Origin: Bacteroidota bacterium | GTDB lineage: Bacteria; Bacteroidota; Bacteroidia; Flavobacteriales; Flavobacteriaceae | Assembly: GCA_009937085.1 (NCBI GenBank) | Contig: JAACDD010000108.1 | Coordinates: 1 to 34,300, forward strand | Direction: 5' to 3' | DNA: 34,300 nucleotides | Part shown: positions 10,310 through 17,780 of the stretch, piece after piece | Layout: every line of letters begins with the position of its first letter | Numbering within the stretch: position 1 is the stretch's first letter | The notes under the pieces: model-generated | Database searches by the model: none | The model's input: the letters and a program-made list of their open reading frames with translations, nothing else | Told to the model about the DNA's origin: nothing | Program-made: the position numbers and the translations under genes

Positions 10310-11069
10310 CCGCTATTTTTTGTGTTAGCACTATAAACTCCGATACACCCAAGCGTTCTGGGCGCTCATCAAAGATACTATCTTCTTTTAAACTAGCCGA
10401 AAGTCCAAAAGATTTTAGGCTATTTCGCAGGGTTTTGCGTCGTTGTTGAAAGGCAGTTTTGACTACCCTAAAAAACAGCTTATCACTACACGGAAGGGTA
10501 AAATCTTGTTTTCGCTTGAGTCGAATTACACCAGAAGCCACTTTTGGCGGCGGGTCAAATACAAATCGCGATACATTAAAAAGGTATTCGACATCATAAA
10601 ATGCTTGTGCCAAAACAGACAAAATTCCATATGCTTTTGTTCCAGGTTTTTCACAAATGCGTTCCGCTACTTCTTTTTGAAACATGCCAGAAAACTCGGG
10701 TACAAGATGGCGTTGCGCAATAACGCTAAACAAAATCTGGCTCGAAATATTGTATGGGAAATTTCCAATGACAGCTACCTGATCTTTGAAATAATCAGAT
10801 AACGAAAGCTTTAAAAAATCGCCTTCAATGATGCGATTTTCAAGTTCAGTAAAATGTGTTTTTAAGTAATCTACTGACTCTGAATCGATTTCAATAACGC
10901 TTGTAGTAAACGGTTTTGGCAGCAGATATTGCGTCAACACACCCATACCAGGTCCAATTTCCAGTACGTCAGCGTAGCCATTTCCGGATAGGGAATCAGC
11001 AATATTTTGTGCAATATTTTGATTGGTCAAAAAGTGTTGCCCTAAATATTTTTTTGGACGAACACTCAT
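10287..11069 (-). CDS. rsmA: 16S rRNA (adenine1518-N6/adenine1519-N6)-dimethyltransferase
   Basis: Family motifs are KKYLGQHFL, the SAM-binding [12 protein letters not shown] and [10 protein letters not shown] prefer ATG 11069 (MSVRPKK), which forms an ATGA overlap with the upstream gene. The longer ORF to 11114 adds non-conserved residues. Confidence 0.92.
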   Translation of the reverse strand: MSVRPKKYLGQHFLTNQNIAQNIADSLSGNGYADVLEIGPGMGVLTQYLLPKPFTTSVIEIDSESVDYLKTHFTELENRIIEGDFLKLSLSDYFKDQVAVIGNFPYNISSQILFSVIAQRHLVPEFSGMFQKEVAERICEKPGTKAYGILSVLAQAFYDVEYLFNVSRFVFDPPPKVASGVIRLKRKQDFTLPCSDKLFFRVVKTAFQQRRKTLRNSLKSFGLSASLKEDSIFDERPERLGVSEFIVLTQKIADDTLSTQ

Positions 11070-11383
11070 GAGTAGGATTTCAAGAACTCCAATCGGCTGG
11101 CAAATGCTACCCAATCTTTAGGGAATACACGATATAATTTTTGTACCGCAAGCTGATGCCCAATTTCTTTTACCCAAGTCAAATGTTCGGGCTCAGCACA
11201 GTAAAACTGCATGCTAAACGTGGCTCCAGTTATAGGCTCAATTCCGTCTTCAAATTCCACACGTAAGAGGTCTATTTGCTGTACCGATTTTGCGAGTTCG
11301 GGCAGTAATTCTTTATCTACATAGGTTGCCCATTCCTGCTCAATAGTGGGTTCAACAATAAACGTGATGTTATATATTTTCAT
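11066..11383 (-). CDS. DUF4286 family protein
   Basis: [18 protein letters not shown]... is a small conserved Bacteroidota protein of about 105 aa, recognised as DUF4286-like. I prefer ATG 11383, 1 nt after the serS stop, to the upstream extension that overlaps serS. Confidence 0.6.
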   Translation of the reverse strand: MKIYNITFIVEPTIEQEWATYVDKELLPELAKSVQQIDLLRVEFEDGIEPITGATFSMQFYCAEPEHLTWVKEIGHQLAVQKLYRVFPKDWVAFASRLEFLKSYS

Positions 11384-11384
11384 G

Positions 11385-12656
11385 TTAATTGATATGATCA
11401 AAACCTGTGTATGGAACCAATGCTTTTGGAATGCGTATCCCATCGGCAGTTTGATGGTTTTCTAACAATCCTGCTACAATTCTAGGAAGCGCTAACGAGC
11501 TTCCGTTTAACGTATGCGCCAATTGTTTTTTACCTTCTTTTGTCTTGTAGCGAAGTTTTAGCCTGTTGGCTTGAAACGACTCAAAATTAGAAACAGAGCT
11601 TACCTCTAACCAACGGCTTTGTGCCGTTGAATATACCTCAAAATCAAAGGTTAGTGCAGAAGTGAAGCCTAAGTCACCACCGCATAATCGCAAAATCCGA
11701 TAGGGTAGTTCCAACGATTCCAAAAGTTTCCCAACATGCGCCACCATTTCATCCAATGCGTTGTATGAATTTTCGGGCTGTTCGATGCGCACCAATTCTA
11801 CTTTGTCAAACTGATGCAATCGATTTAGTCCACGAACATGTGCACCATAACTTCCCGCTTCCCGTCTAAAGCAAGGGGTGTATGCCGTGTGTTGAATCGG
11901 CAATTCACTTTCTTGTAATAAACTGTCACGATAGATGTTAGTTACAGGAACTTCGGCAGTTGGAATAAGATACAAATCGTCTTCGGTAACATGATACATT
12001 TGCCCTTCTTTATCCGGTAATTGCCCTGTGCCAAGCCCAGAGGCTTCGTTTACCATATGCGGCACTTGTACTTCGCCATAACCCGCAGCAGCGTTAAAAT
12101 CTAAAAAATAGTTGATAAGAGCACGCTGTAGTTTGGCACCTTTTCCAGTGTAAACGGGAAACCCTGCGCCTGTAATTTTTGCTCCCAATTCAAAATCGAT
12201 GAGCTTGTATTTTTTTGCCAATTCCCAATGCGGTAGCGCATCGTTTTCTAGTGTGGGAATGGTACCTTTTTGAAACACTTCCTCGTTGTCTTCGTCAGAA
12301 TTGCCCTTTGGCACGCTTTCGTGTGGGATATTTGGAAGTTGATAGAGCAATTCTTGCAAGTTGTCTGCTGTTTCTTGCAGTTTGGTTTGCAATGATTTTG
12401 CTGCAGCTTTCAATTCCGCTGAGGCGTTCTTTTTTTGATTGGCTTCATCTGTAGCACCTTGCTTAAAGAGTAATCCAATTTCTTTTGCGACACTATTGGC
12501 TTGGGCGAGAGTTTGGTCTAGCTCGGCTTGCGTCGCCCGACGTGTTTCGTCTAACGAAAGAAGACGCTCCAAAAGTGGCTTGGCGTCCAAATTGCGTTTT
12601 TCAAGTGCAGCAACCACCAAATCAAAATGTTGACGAACGTGCGAAGGGATCAGCAT
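11385..12656 (-). CDS. serS: Serine--tRNA ligase
   Basis: It has an N-terminal coiled-coil arm and class II aaRS motifs (TPCFRREAGSYG, GSSLALPRIVAGLLE). Length is 423 aa. Confidence 0.95.
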   Translation of the reverse strand: MLIPSHVRQHFDLVVAALEKRNLDAKPLLERLLSLDETRRATQAELDQTLAQANSVAKEIGLLFKQGATDEANQKKNASAELKAAAKSLQTKLQETADNLQELLYQLPNIPHESVPKGNSDEDNEEVFQKGTIPTLENDALPHWELAKKYKLIDFELGAKITGAGFPVYTGKGAKLQRALINYFLDFNAAAGYGEVQVPHMVNEASGLGTGQLPDKEGQMYHVTEDDLYLIPTAEVPVTNIYRDSLLQESELPIQHTAYTPCFRREAGSYGAHVRGLNRLHQFDKVELVRIEQPENSYNALDEMVAHVGKLLESLELPYRILRLCGGDLGFTSALTFDFEVYSTAQSRWLEVSSVSNFESFQANRLKLRYKTKEGKKQLAHTLNGSSLALPRIVAGLLENHQTADGIRIPKALVPYTGFDHIN

Positions 12657-12667
12657 AATCGTGTTTT

Positions 12668-13603
12668 TTACAAAGGTAAAGTATTGTAGGCAGTCAAAAT
12701 AACCTCTTTATCTTTTTCCAATTGTTTTTGGAGTGTTTCTAGCGAATCAAATTTGAGCTCATCTCGAATGCGTTCAATGAGTGATACCTGAATAGGTTGA
12801 TTGTAAATAGATGCTGACCAATCAAAAATATGCACTTCAATACTTCTGTTTTCACCATTAACGGTTGGGTTAGTGCCAATATTCATCATGCCCAAACGCT
12901 CTTTGTTTTGAAGGTGAACGCGTACGGCATAAACCCCATTTTTAGGCATAATTTTATCTGGATGATTTACGGCAATATTTGCTGTAGGAAACCCAATTGT
13001 ACGCCCGCGTTGCTCTCCTTTTACAACTGTTCCAGATAAGGTAAAGGGATGCCCTAAAAAAGTATGTGCTGTAACCACATCGCCTTCAGCGAGCGCCGCT
13101 CTTATTTTGGTTGAACTGATGGAAATAGTATCAATTTCCTCAGCACTAATTTGCATTACCTTAAAGTCATAAATTTCTCCAAAATGCTTGAGGTCTTCAA
13201 CACTTGCGGTACGGTTTTTACCAAACCGATGATTATATCCGATGATAATTTGATCAATGTTGAGCATGTCCACCAAAAATGTTTTGACGTAATCTGCTGC
13301 ATTAAGCTGTGAAAATGCTTTTGTAAATGGATGAACGACCATGTGTTTTAGTCCTAAATGGGCAAGTGTTTCAGCGCGCTCTTCTAGGGTTTGAATAAGG
13401 TCAACAGAAGAGTTTGGCTGCACTACTTTTCTAGGATGCGGATCAAAAGTGAGTAGCGTTGGCGCACTGCCATTTTTTTTGGCGGCTTCCACCAATTTTG
13501 CAATAATCTTTTGATGCCCAAGATGAACCCCATCAAAAGTCCCTACTGTGACAGTAGTTTTTGTTTTTGGCGAAAAAGAGGCGCTTTGTGCTAGAATACT
13601 CAT
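12668..13603 (-). CDS. ribF: Bifunctional riboflavin kinase / FMN adenylyltransferase
   Basis: It has the FAD synthetase motif VGTFDGVHLGHQ and the riboflavin kinase motifs GRTIGFPTANI and EVHIFDW. Confidence 0.93.
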   Translation of the reverse strand: MSILAQSASFSPKTKTTVTVGTFDGVHLGHQKIIAKLVEAAKKNGSAPTLLTFDPHPRKVVQPNSSVDLIQTLEERAETLAHLGLKHMVVHPFTKAFSQLNAADYVKTFLVDMLNIDQIIIGYNHRFGKNRTASVEDLKHFGEIYDFKVMQISAEEIDTISISSTKIRAALAEGDVVTAHTFLGHPFTLSGTVVKGEQRGRTIGFPTANIAVNHPDKIMPKNGVYAVRVHLQNKERLGMMNIGTNPTVNGENRSIEVHIFDWSASIYNQPIQVSLIERIRDELKFDSLETLQKQLEKDKEVILTAYNTLPL

Positions 13604-14181
13604 TACAGTTCAAGTGCGTTTCCGTTAAACTTATTCATAGCAGCAGGAATGCCTTCTGCCATAAAACACCAAGCGGCTTGTGCAGCTTTATCTATAACAA
13701 ATGGTAGTGCTTCTGCTTCTTTATTTTTCCATGGTTGCAATACAAAATCGACTTGTCTGCCTTTGCCAAAAGCAGCGCCAATACCAAATCGCAAACGTGC
13801 ATAGTCGGTTGTGTTTAGTTGTATACAAATGTCTTTTAATCCATTGTGTCCACCATCTGAACCTTTTTTGCGTGTGCGTAAAAACCCGAAATCTAAATGA
13901 ATATCATCTGTAACGACAAGAATATTTTGAAGCGGAATTTTCTTTTGTTGCATCCAATAACGCACCGCTTTTCCACTGCGATTCATAAATGTATTGGGTT
14001 TTAGTAAATAAGCAGTTTTGCCTTTGTTTGATACTTTGGCAAGATCGCCATAGCGTAGGGTTTCAAATGAACTTTCTTTCTCTTTAGCGAGTGCATCAAC
14101 CACATCAAATCCAACGTTATGACGTGTGCCGGCATACTCGGTTCCAATATTGCCTAATCCAACAATCAAAAAAGATTTCAT
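13603..14181 (-). CDS. pth: Peptidyl-tRNA hydrolase
   Basis: MKSFLIVGLGNIGTEYAGTRHNVGF is the canonical Pth N-terminus. GHNGLKDI is also present. I prefer ATG 14181. The ORF extension to 14232 runs up against the rplY terminator. Confidence 0.9.
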   Translation of the reverse strand: MKSFLIVGLGNIGTEYAGTRHNVGFDVVDALAKEKESSFETLRYGDLAKVSNKGKTAYLLKPNTFMNRSGKAVRYWMQQKKIPLQNILVVTDDIHLDFGFLRTRKKGSDGGHNGLKDICIQLNTTDYARLRFGIGAAFGKGRQVDFVLQPWKNKEAEALPFVIDKAAQAAWCFMAEGIPAAMNKFNGNALEL

Positions 14182-14240
14182 ATCGGGTTCATTTTTTTTG
14201 GCAGACGAAAAAAATGGAATGCGGAATTTCATCTGTGTAA

Positions 14241-14276
14241 AAATAAAAAAAGCATCTCATTGTGGGTGAGATGCTT
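14241..14276 (-). terminator. Intrinsic terminator downstream of rplY
   Basis: On the minus strand an 8-bp stem forms (gcatctca / tgagatgc, 14252-14259 and 14267-14274) around a 7-nt loop. A T-tract follows (the A-run at 14244-14251 on +). Confidence 0.7.
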
Positions 14277-14299
14277 TTATATAGTTATTAAAAGAATTT

Positions 14300-14923
14300 T
14301 TATTCTTCTGCAGCAGCTTCTTCAGCTCCATCTTCAGCACCTTCAACTTCTTCAACGGCCTCATCTTTTATAGATGTTCTAGAAGTACGTACTTGACATA
14401 CAACCGTATTGTCTGGGTGTAAAAATTTAAACGCTTCGTTTGCTAATTCTGTTACATAAAGCTTGTTTCCAAGTTCAAGACCTGAAATATCTGCTTCGAT
14501 AGTATCAGGAAGGTTAGCAGGAATAGCACGTACGCGAAGCTTACGCTTGTTACGGCTCAATACACCTCCCGAGTTAAGTACGCCAGGCGCAGCTCCTTTA
14601 AGTACTACAGGAATATTCATAGATACTTCTTTATCATCAAATAGTTGATAAAAGTCGACGTGAAGGATTTTATCCGACACGGGGTGAAATTGAATATCCT
14701 GCAAAATGGCATTAAAGCTTCCGTTATCGCCCAAGTCGACAACCACCGTATGCGCATTTGGTGTATATACAAGTTTTGCAAACGCTCTTTCGTCTGCAGC
14801 AAAGTGCACTGGCGTTTCCCCTCCGTATAATACGCAAGGAACCTCTCCAGCATTACGTAAGGCTTTGGTAGCTACCTTGCCTACGCTTTCTCTTTTAGAT
14901 CCGTTGATGGTAATTGATTTCAT
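14300..14923 (-). CDS. rplY: 50S ribosomal protein L25 / general stress protein Ctc form
   Basis: The L25 N-domain is present ([21 protein letters not shown]). The extended Ctc-type C-domain ends in an acidic tail ([17 protein letters not shown]). Confidence 0.9.
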   Translation of the reverse strand: MKSITINGSKRESVGKVATKALRNAGEVPCVLYGGETPVHFAADERAFAKLVYTPNAHTVVVDLGDNGSFNAILQDIQFHPVSDKILHVDFYQLFDDKEVSMNIPVVLKGAAPGVLNSGGVLSRNKRKLRVRAIPANLPDTIEADISGLELGNKLYVTELANEAFKFLHPDNTVVCQVRTSRTSIKDEAVEEVEGAEDGAEEAAAEE

Positions 14924-14935
14924 ATTTAGTGTTTA

Positions 14936-15877
14936 TTACATGACAAATTTGCCTGAAATCGATTCGTTATGATGTACATTATACATGACTTCGGCAAACA
15001 ATTGAGCGCAGCTCAATACTTTAATTTTTTTACTTTCTTTTTTTAATGGAATAGAATTGGTTACAATAAGCTCTGTAAGCATAGAAGCTTCAACACGCTC
15101 ATAGGCTTCGCCCGAAAGTAGCGGGTGCGTACATACTGCACGAACGCTCTTTGCACCTCGTTCCATCATAAGGTCTGCAGCTTTGGTAAGGGTGCCAGCG
15201 GTATCGACCATGTCGTCTACAAGCACTACATTCTTTCCTTTGACATCCCCAATAAGTTCCATGTGCGAAATGATATTCGCTTTTTTGCGCTGCTTGTAAC
15301 AGATCACCACATCGCTTTCCAAATATTTTGAATAGGCATACGCACGCTTAGAACCTCCCATGTCAGGAGAAGCGATTGTAAGGTTATCGATATTAAGTGA
15401 TTTTAAATAAGGTAAAAACAATGAGGATGCAAACAAATGATCTACAGGTTTTTCAAAAAACCCTTGAATTTGATCAGCGTGTAAATCCATTGTAATGATA
15501 CGCGTAGCACCAGCGGCTTCAAGGAGTTTGGCAATAAGTTTTGCGCCAATTGGTACACGCGGTTTGTCTTTACGGTCTTGTCGCGCCCAGCCAAAATAAG
15601 GCATAACCGCCGTAATGTGTCGTGCGGAGGCACGCTTGGCAGCATCGAGCATAAGCAACATTTCCATCAAATTTTCAGAAGAAGGATTGGTAGAACCGAT
15701 AATAAAAATACGTGAACCACGAACAGATTCTTCAAATGAAGGTTGAAACTCACCATCGCTGTAGCGTGAGAATAGCACATTCCCAAGCGGTATTCCATAA
15801 TACTTGGCAATGTCTTTTGCCAGTACCATACTCTGTGTACAGGCAAATATCTTCGATTCTAAAGTTGCTTTTCCCAT
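14936..15877 (-). CDS. prs: Ribose-phosphate pyrophosphokinase
   Basis: Family motifs are DLHADQIQGFF and the PRPP-binding loop VVLVDDMVDTAGTL. Length is 313 aa. Confidence 0.95.
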   Translation of the reverse strand: MGKATLESKIFACTQSMVLAKDIAKYYGIPLGNVLFSRYSDGEFQPSFEESVRGSRIFIIGSTNPSSENLMEMLLMLDAAKRASARHITAVMPYFGWARQDRKDKPRVPIGAKLIAKLLEAAGATRIITMDLHADQIQGFFEKPVDHLFASSLFLPYLKSLNIDNLTIASPDMGGSKRAYAYSKYLESDVVICYKQRKKANIISHMELIGDVKGKNVVLVDDMVDTAGTLTKAADLMMERGAKSVRAVCTHPLLSGEAYERVEASMLTELIVTNSIPLKKESKKIKVLSCAQLFAEVMYNVHHNESISGKFVM

Positions 15878-15943
15878 AGTTTTTATGCGGGTTGCAAATG
15901 TAGGAATTTATTTGAGGTAGTGAAGTTGTCAGCAGCATTTTTC

Positions 15944-15975
15944 TTGTGCTACAATAAAATTATTGGCTACATTTG
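15944..15975 (+). promoter_or_regulatory. Candidate Bacteroidota sigma-A promoter (TTG-N21-TAcaTTTG) upstream of the tRNA-Leu relic
   Basis: A TTG lies at 15944-15946 and TACATTTG at 15968-15975, 10 nt before the relic tRNA 5' end at 15986. The pattern matches the published Bacteroides -33/-7 consensus. No experimental support. Confidence 0.4.
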
Positions 15976-15985
15976 CCGTCCAATT

Positions 15986-16035
15986 GCCTTGGTGGCGGAA
16001 TTGGTAGACCTGCCTGCCGGCAGGCAGGCGCGCTG
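15986..16035 (+). pseudogene. Relic 5' fragment of tRNA-Leu(CAA): tRNA nt 1-24 and 25-30 separated by a 20-nt palindrome
   Basis: Positions 15986-16009 are identical (24/24) to 16309-16332. Positions 16030-16035 (gcgctg) match 16333-16338. Similarity ends at 16036. Confidence 0.75.
16009..16028. repeat. Perfect 20-nt palindrome cctgcctgccGGCAGGCAGG
   Basis: The sequence equals its own reverse complement, read directly from the window. It sits inside the tRNA relic, at the D-arm position. Confidence 0.9.
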
Positions 16036-16058
16036 AGTTGAATTGAAATGTTGAAATT

Positions 16059-16307
16059 GTGTATTGGGTTTATGCTATATCGAGCCTAAAATGTAACTAC
16101 ATTTATGTTGGTATGACCAAAGATGTAGGTGCTAGAATTGCAAGACATAACGCAGGCAAAGAAAAAACAACCAAGCCTTATGTTCCTTTTCAACTGATTT
16201 ATTCCGAAGTTTGCACTGGCAGAGTAGCGGCTCGGCAAAAAGAAAAATATTGGAAATCTGGTATTGGCAAGCAAAAGCTTCGCCAAATTAGAGACCAACT
16301 GAAATGA
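16059..16307 (+). CDS. Small GIY-YIG (URI-domain, COG2827/YhbQ-like) nuclease family protein
   Basis: The 82-aa ORF has YWVYAI ... NYIYVGMTKDVGARIARHNAG ... RQKEKYWK, matching the GIY / YIG / R / E-x3-K layout of stand-alone URI-domain proteins. It starts at GTG. Its TGA stop ends 1 nt before tRNA nt 1. Confidence 0.8.
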   Translation: MYWVYAISSLKCNYIYVGMTKDVGARIARHNAGKEKTTKPYVPFQLIYSEVCTGRVAARQKEKYWKSGIGKQKLRQIRDQLK

Positions 16308-16308
16308 T

Positions 16309-16390
16309 GCCTTGGTGGCGGAATTGGTAGACGCGCTGGATTCAAAATCCAGTTCTTTCGAGAGTGTGGGTTCGATTCCCACCCAAGGTA
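16309..16390 (+). tRNA. tRNA-Leu (anticodon CAA), type II with long variable arm, no encoded CCA
   Basis: A manual fold gives acceptor GCCTTGG / CCAAGGT (G1-U72 wobble) and a D-arm gcg-gaattggtaga-cgc. The anticodon stem is ctgga / tccag with loop ttCAAaa. The variable arm is ttctttcgagagt, the T-arm is gtggg-ttcgatt-cccac, and the discriminator is A. Total 82 nt. Confidence 0.93.
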
Positions 16391-16395
16391 CAAGT

Positions 16396-16435
16396 TATCC
16401 CCAAGAATAATTTATTGTTTTGGGGATAAATTTTT
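16396..16435 (+). terminator. Intrinsic terminator after tRNA-Leu
   Basis: A stem tatccccaa / ttggggata (16396-16404 and 16420-16428) is followed by aaTTTTT. Confidence 0.7.
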
Positions 16436-16461
16436 GAACTTGACATTCAAATATTTAACCA

Positions 16462-16707
16462 ATGAAAAAACTACTCTTTACAATTTTATTAATATTCCCT
16501 CTAATTGGCATTGGGCAAGTGGCTAAATTTGCTGAAATGTCCTATATATCCTCAGTGGACAAAGTTCAAAGATTATGGATTACTGACACACCACTAACTC
16601 TGATTGGGGAAAGAGAGGTCAAAGCAATAGAGTTCCTATACCCTGAAAACGATGGTTTTATGATTGTAGATAAATTTTCTGAAAGTACGGATGGAAAAAA
16701 AATGTAA
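16462..16707 (+). CDS. Hypothetical secreted protein (signal peptide); probable N-terminal part of a frameshifted gene
   Basis: The N-terminus MKKLLFTILLIFPLIGIGQ looks like a signal peptide. The DNA is AT-rich. The ORF ends immediately after an A8 tract (16695-16702). Confidence 0.45.
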   Translation: MKKLLFTILLIFPLIGIGQVAKFAEMSYISSVDKVQRLWITDTPLTLIGEREVKAIEFLYPENDGFMIVDKFSESTDGKKM

Positions 16708-16721
16708 TAACATACCCAACA

Positions 16722-16934
16722 ATGGGAGATTACAAAATAATTGTAGAGAAAAACAAAGGAAAAACTAATGAAGAAGGCGTAATAATATTAACTACATCAT
16801 TTTCAGTAGGAGGGATTCCTGACGGAAAAAACTTCGTTCTAAATTATAGATTTATTAGTGAAACAGAAGTAATAATTACCATAGATAACAAGAAATCATT
16901 ATACTATATGATTCCATACAACCAAATAAAATAG
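16722..16934 (+). CDS. Hypothetical protein; probable C-terminal part of the same frameshifted gene
   Basis: This frame is open from 16683 and overlaps the A8 tract. One extra A would fuse it to 16462..16707. I recognise no family. Confidence 0.35.
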   Translation: MGDYKIIVEKNKGKTNEEGVIILTTSFSVGGIPDGKNFVLNYRFISETEVIITIDNKKSLYYMIPYNQIK

Positions 16935-17001
16935 TTACCCCTAATCTATAGGTTCATTAAAATACATTGATAAAATACTAACTGAAAGAAGTAGAAGGAA
17001 A

Positions 17002-17349
17002 ATGAAAAAACTATTAGATTTTAGAAAAAATAAATTGAATTATCTAAACAGATATGTTCTATTTTTCGTTTTGTACTTAATTAGTGATTTAATTGGTGGT
17101 AGTTATAAGACAGGTTCATTAGGTTTACCAATTGGTGGAATAGTATTGGCTCCATTAACTCTTTTAACTTCATATTTTTTTGCAGCAATAATTGGCTTTT
17201 GGTTCAATTTAACATTCATTAATATTGGTTTTAAAACTTGGATAAAAAAATGGCATAAATTTTCTTTAAATCTCTCACTTTGGTTCTATGACTTTTCATT
17301 AATATATCTGCTATATTCTTTATTTATTGGCGGATTAAAACCAATGTAA
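17002..17349 (+). CDS. Hypothetical small integral membrane protein
   Basis: The 115-aa product has about three hydrophobic segments (VLFFVLYLISDLIGG, IGGIVLAPLTLLTSYFFAAIIGFWF, LWFYDFSLIYLLYSLFIGG). One 60-nt line in this gene counted about 25% GC. No recognisable family. Confidence 0.5.
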   Translation: MKKLLDFRKNKLNYLNRYVLFFVLYLISDLIGGSYKTGSLGLPIGGIVLAPLTLLTSYFFAAIIGFWFNLTFINIGFKTWIKKWHKFSLNLSLWFYDFSLIYLLYSLFIGGLKPM

Positions 17350-17617
17350 ATTTTAAAATTTGATTAAAATTTAAACTAACCTAAATCCAACGGTTAATTA
17401 GTCGTATTCGATACGCTTTACTCTACTAATTGGGGAAGGCAAGTCAGTAGCTTCTACTTTGTAGCTTCCTTTGTCTGTTTTAAGTGTTTATTTGGGTGAT
17501 TTCCAAAAGTGATAAAACGAGTGAAAATATAAAGGGTTCTATAGTTATTGTGTTATGTCTTTAAAGGAAGCGTAAAGGGTTATAATACACTTAGTAATTT
17601 TTGTTTTTTATATGTTT

Positions 17618-17687
17618 CTGAAAACTCTCTAAGCTTTTCAAGGTCTTTCAAGAATAAGTTCGATAATTGGAGTACGTTGTGTACAAA
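17618..17687 (+). repeat. 70-nt repeat module, copy A (candidate small RNA 3' portion or att-like repeat)
   Basis: An ungapped alignment to 18657-18726 gives 59/70 identities. The 3' 35 nt (17653-17687, aataagttcgataattggagtacgttgtgtacaaa) are identical to 18692-18726. Confidence 0.8.
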
Positions 17688-17689
17688 TT

Positions 17690-17732
17690 ATCCCCAAGAA
17701 TAATAATTTATTCTTGGGGATATATTTTTTTT
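17690..17732 (+). terminator. Strong intrinsic terminator, + strand polarity
   Basis: A perfect 14-bp stem (atccccaagaataa / ttattcttggggat) encloses the 4-nt loop taat at 17690-17721. It is followed by ata and then T8 (17725-17732). The stem is a near-copy of the tRNA-Leu terminator. Confidence 0.75.
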
Positions 17733-17780
17733 ACTCGGCCGCTTACGCGGCACTAATTAAATTGATAAATAATTAAATAA

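Noticed and set aside
15986-16390. A group I (or other) intron interrupting tRNA-Leu, as in cyanobacterial and plastid tRNA-Leu genes
   Set aside because: The downstream tRNA copy (16309-16390) is complete and uninterrupted. The breakpoint is at tRNA nt 30/31 in the anticodon stem, not in the anticodon loop. The 273-nt intervening segment is almost entirely ORF and shows no room for conserved intron core helices.
16086-16393. Minus-strand ORFs of 98 aa (16086-16382) and 64 aa (16199-16393)
   Set aside because: They run antisense through the tRNA-Leu gene and the better-supported GIY-YIG ORF, and have no recognisable motifs. They are most likely frame artefacts.
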